Below, piece after piece: positions 62,136-64,000 of a stretch of DNA of 64,000 nt. The stretch comes from Vicugna vicugna (taxonomy: Eukaryota). Numbering within the stretch: the stretch's first letter is position 1; every line of letters begins with the position of its first letter. The stretch covers positions 434,001 to 498,000 of the forward strand of contig MU061527.1 of assembly GCA_013265495.1 (NCBI GenBank). The letters run 5' to 3'. The position numbers and the translations under genes were made by a program. Under the pieces are notes generated by a model, which saw only the letters and a list, made by a program, of their open reading frames with translations, did not search any database and had not been told where the DNA came from.

Positions 62136-62579
62136 ACGGAGACCCCAGCTGGGGCACACAGGCCCAGCCCCCCCTGGCGGCCCCGTGGCGGCCAGGGCAG
62201 GACCTGCTGTCAGAGGAGGAGCCGGTGGGGCAGGACTCAGGTCTGTCCGATTCGAAAGCCCTCCAGGCCTCACTCAGGCCTGGAAGTAAGGACATACGTG
62301 TGCACAGCCTCACACACGGGCACCGCACAGACACACCAAAGTGATGGGATGGGGGGCCAAGGCAAACCAGAGAGCGCGTGCCCAGCCCCGAAGGTCACGG
62401 CTGCCGTGGGGCCGGCAGGCCAGGCCAGCGTGGCCAGAGACGCTTGCCACAGCGACGACGGGCCAGCTGCACCAACCTGGGCAAACTCCTCTAGCCCTCA
62501 GTGCCCAGGGGCACCCAGAGTGGGGCACCCAGCATGTGCCGGGACAGCAGGGAGAAGACAGACACCGGCTCAGAGTTCA

Positions 62580-62960
62580 CAAGAATGAGGTAAAAGCAGG
62601 ATGTTCGGTGTTGGGTGGGCACAAACGCGGGGGAGAATCCTAAAGCCGATGGGGGGTGGAACGTGAGCAGCTTTTACTGAGGCCCCATTCCTGGGGGGCA
62701 GGGGGCAGGCTGGGGGCTGTCTGGCGCAAAGGCCCTGACGTGGGAGCCAGTGGCTGGAGCAGGTGGGTGAGGGACAGGGTGACGGGACAGAGGTCAGGGG
62801 GCCATGGGGCAGGTTGTGCAGGGCCTTGGGGGTCTTGGTGAGGACTTTGGCTTTTACTGTGAAGGCAGTGGAGGCCCTGGGAGAAGGCCCTGAAGGTGAC
62901 CTCTGGCTGACCGTCCCTGTCCAGGCCTGGGTCCCCTAGCTTCACTGTGTGTTGCAGCTG
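62580..62960 (-). mobile_element. L2 fragment
   Basis: GGACTTTGGCTTTTACTGTGAAGGCAGTGGAGGCCCTGGGAGAAGG resembles an L2 motif. Confidence 0.65.
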
Positions 62961-64000
62961 CCCAGAGGACTTGGTGGGGTTTTCCGGCCGGGGGAGGGTG
63001 CCGGGAACTGGCAGCCTCAGTGTTTCCACCCGTGATGTGGGCATCCCAGGACTGGGCCCCCTCCCACCACCTTCCGGCCACCGGGAGATGCTTGTCTGTC
63101 TTATCAGTGGCACCCTGTGACTCTGACAACCGTCTCTTCTTATCAGCAGCCCATTCGACTGTCCCTGGGGTGGGGGGGTGGCCCAGGCCCACACACGCAT
63201 CCACACGCGCACCCAAACCCCCAGTTCCCAGGGCCAGCGCCACATTGGGACCCAGGCTGGGCATGTGCACTGTGCCCAGTGGGCCTGAGCTGGCTGAAGC
63301 CACTCCCCACAGGGTTCCCCGTGCCAGGGTGGTGGGGCAGAGGACCAGGCCCCTCTGTCTTGCCTCAGTTCCCCTCTGTGAAGGAAGTCCAGGAGCAGGG
63401 GCCCCATCACCCCTCCTCCCCTTCCAGTGCATCCGCTGGCCGGGGACAGCTGTGCTGGGAGTTACGGGCCTGGTCTGCCCCCGACGGCCAGGACGCCCCC
63501 CTCTGAGTCCCACTGTCCTCCGGCCCCCACCTTGCTCTGGCCATTGGGAGCTGCCCGCGTGGGGAGCCCTAGAGGCTCAGAGAGAGGGGGGCTCACCCGA
63601 CATCCCTAGGGAAGCAGGCAGAGCGTGCATGGGCCCTGAGCCGGGGGCAGGAGCACCGACGGCCAAGGCTGGGGTCCCTCAGGGCCAGGTGGGGGCCTGC
63701 TGGACTTGGACTCTGCCCAGGAGAGGTGGGGGGCCCGGCTACCGCGAGGCCTGTGGGCCTGGGTAGCGAGTGAGGTGCGTTTCCCCCACCCAGCTGAATG
63801 CTGCTGACTGGAGCCCTTGTCCCCGGTCGCCCGGCGCCCCATCTGACTAGGGAGTGGACTGCTTCATCTCACACCACACCCGTGACACAACAGTCTGCCT
63901 GTGCCCACCTGTCCCCAGCGGTGCCCGGCTCACTTCTGTGGGACCCTGCTCACGGTCCCCCCGCTGCCCCTGCCGTGGGCTGGGCCTCCCAAGCCACGTC

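Noticed and set aside
34800-64000. tRNA, rRNA, snoRNA, miRNA genes or exons of the next syntenic gene (EEFSEC)
   Set aside because: No cloverleaf, box A/B, convincing hairpin or recognisable coding exon was seen by eye; tRNAscan-SE, Infernal and spliced alignment would be needed to exclude them.

Overview
GC-rich genomic DNA from a placental mammal; no Alu, B1/B2 or other young SINE was recognised, so the species is not identified. The + strand carries the complete GATA2 gene: distal exon 1S, a minor upstream exon, proximal exon 1G, five coding exons (1440 nt, 479 aa) and a 3' UTR ending near 18.63 kb. Its known cis-elements are visible: the -3.9 kb GATA pair, the -1.8 kb palindromic GATA site and the intron-4 '+9.5' E-box/GATA composite. 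The single-exon CDS of DNAJB8 (233 aa) lies at 33763-34464. The rest is non-coding: decayed ancient repeats (MIR, L2, L1M, MER3/33/102, MLT1), low-complexity tracts, an orphan CpG island and several AT-rich motif clusters that may be distal enhancers. No prokaryote-type system, CRISPR array or RNA gene is supported. Best leads: (1) four of five N-runs sit on or beside conserved-type non-coding elements, which points to a hidden element at 54.3-54.5 kb; (2) a 1.3-kb cryptic TGATCA array just past the GATA2 poly(A) site; (3) two uORFs of apparently conserved length plus an in-frame 89-codon N-terminal extension of GATA2; (4) extreme GC3, Lys-to-Arg drift and Ser/Thr loss in DNAJB8. All comparisons with human or mouse and all repeat-family names are from memory, not from a search, and need checking by alignment. 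Repeat and CpG-island boundaries are approximate.
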